From Clostridia bacterium (GTDB lineage Bacteria; Bacillota; Clostridia; Oscillospirales; Acutalibacteraceae), in NCBI GenBank assembly GCA_017387165.1, contig JAFOFS010000250.1:1-24699 (forward strand): a DNA stretch of 24,699 nucleotides, in the 5' to 3' direction. How positions within the stretch are numbered: position 1 is the stretch's first letter; each line of letters starts with the position of its first letter. The position numbers and the translations under genes are program-made. The notes beneath the pieces were generated by a model. That model was not told where the DNA came from. It made no database searches and was given only the letters and a program-made list of their open reading frames with translations. This document shows, piece after piece, positions 23,676-24,699 of this stretch.

Positions 23676-24036
23676 CCGACGGCTCCTCCTCTTTTCGGTT
23701 GAGATCGTTTAAGATGGTGGCGATATGGGCGCTGTACGCGATGGAATCGTCCGGCACGAAGCGCAGCTCGGGGGTATGGCGCAATTTGAGCGCCAGCCCC
23801 AGCTGCTTCCGCATATAACCGGCGGCATTCTGCAGACCCTTGGCGGCCTGCTTCGCGCCGTCCATTCCGCCCAGCGAGGTGATGTGCACCGTCGCATAGG
23901 AGAGATCCCGCGTGACGTCAACACGCAGGATGCTCACCATATTGTCGGCCACGCGGGGATCCTTGACCGTCCGCAGGATGGCCGTCAGCTCACGGGTGAT
24001 CGACTCGCTGATATGACTGATGTGATAGTTAGGCAT
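23668..24036 (-). CDS. rbfA: 30S ribosome-binding factor A
   Basis: KDPRV, VDVTRDLSYATV, AAGYMRKQLG..LKLRHTPELRFVPD; follows infB. Confidence 0.96.
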   Translation of the reverse strand: MPNYHISHISESITRELTAILRTVKDPRVADNMVSILRVDVTRDLSYATVHITSLGGMDGAKQAAKGLQNAAGYMRKQLGLALKLRHTPELRFVPDDSIAYSAHIATILNDLNRKEEEPSDE

Positions 24037-24048
24037 ATTGCCCTCCTT

Positions 24049-24699
24049 TTAGTCGCGGTATTCCTCGATGATATACGACTCGAACACGTCGCCTTCCTGC
24101 AGATCGGTGAAGCGCTCCAGACCGATACCGCACTCGTAGCCTTCGGCCACTTCCTTCTGGTCGTCCTTAAAGCGCTTGAGGGAGACCATCTTATCGTCCG
24201 CAATGATGATGTTGTCACGCACGATACGAATGAGGTCGTTGCGGTACACCTTGCCCTTGGTGACGTAGCAGCCGGCAATCTGACCGACGCCGGTGATGCG
24301 GTACACCTGACGGACTTCGACGTAACCGTGGATGACCTCGCGGGTCTTGGGCGCCATAATGCCCTTGATCGCCGCCTGGATCTCCTCGATGCAGTCGTAG
24401 ATGATGCGATACATACGCAGATCGACGTTGTCGCGAGCGGCGACGTCGGCCGCGGTCGGCTCGGGACGGACGTTAAAGCCGACGATAATGGCGTTGGACG
24501 CCGAGGCGAGCATCACGTCGCTCTCGTTGATCGCACCGGCTGCGCCGTGGATGATGCGGACGCGCACTTCTTCGTTGGAGAGCTTCTCCAGCGACTGACG
24601 CACCGCTTCGACCGAGCCCTGAACGTCTGCCTTGATGATGATGTTGAGGTCCTTCATCTCGCCTTCCTTGATCTGATCGAACAGGTTGTCGAGGGTGAC
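24049..24699 (-). CDS. infB: Translation initiation factor IF-2, C-terminal part (5' end lies outside the window)
   Basis: Frame open from the window edge ([32 protein letters not shown]); [34 protein letters not shown]. Confidence 0.98.
   Translation of the reverse strand, partial: VTLDNLFDQIKEGEMKDLNIIIKADVQGSVEAVRQSLEKLSNEEVRVRIIHGAAGAINESDVMLASASNAIIVGFNVRPEPTAADVAARDNVDLRMYRIIYDCIEEIQAAIKGIMAPKTREVIHGYVEVRQVYRITGVGQIAGCYVTKGKVYRNDLIRIVRDNIIIADDKMVSLKRFKDDQKEVAEGYECGIGLERFTDLQEGDVFESYIIEEYRD

Noticed and set aside
24010-24036. His in place of the usual N-terminal Arg residues of RbfA (YHISHIS)
   Set aside because: This segment is variable among clostridial RbfA proteins; no evidence for recoding or functional novelty.

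Overview
Core chromosomal region of a GC-rich spore-forming Clostridia bacterium (Oscillospiraceae/Ruminococcaceae-like; inferred from gene order and protein style). Almost all genes are on the minus strand. In reading order: (1) infB(3' part)-rbfA-nrnA(DHH/DHHA1)-truB-ribF::HAD fusion-rpe; (2) a small plus-strand gene resembling the C-terminal domain of MecA; (3) a translationally coupled five-gene operon of degenerate Rnf-like subunits C, D, E and A (no RnfG or RnfB; most cofactor motifs eroded) plus a membrane-anchored DUF4015/GHL10-like TIM-barrel protein; (4) a reduced dcw cluster: mraZ-rsmH-ftsL-class B PBP-murE-murE-mraY-ftsW-murG-murA-divIB-ftsZ. Main oddities: the cofactor-stripped Rnf-like operon; tandem murE paralogs with different specificity motifs (DNPR vs DNPG); one in-frame TAG inside an otherwise intact ftsL; the RibF-HAD fusion; sporulation-type promoters inside the dcw cluster; and phased repeats in the mraZ leader. 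No mobile element, CRISPR array, tRNA or rRNA was seen. All family assignments come from motif recognition by eye, not database searches.
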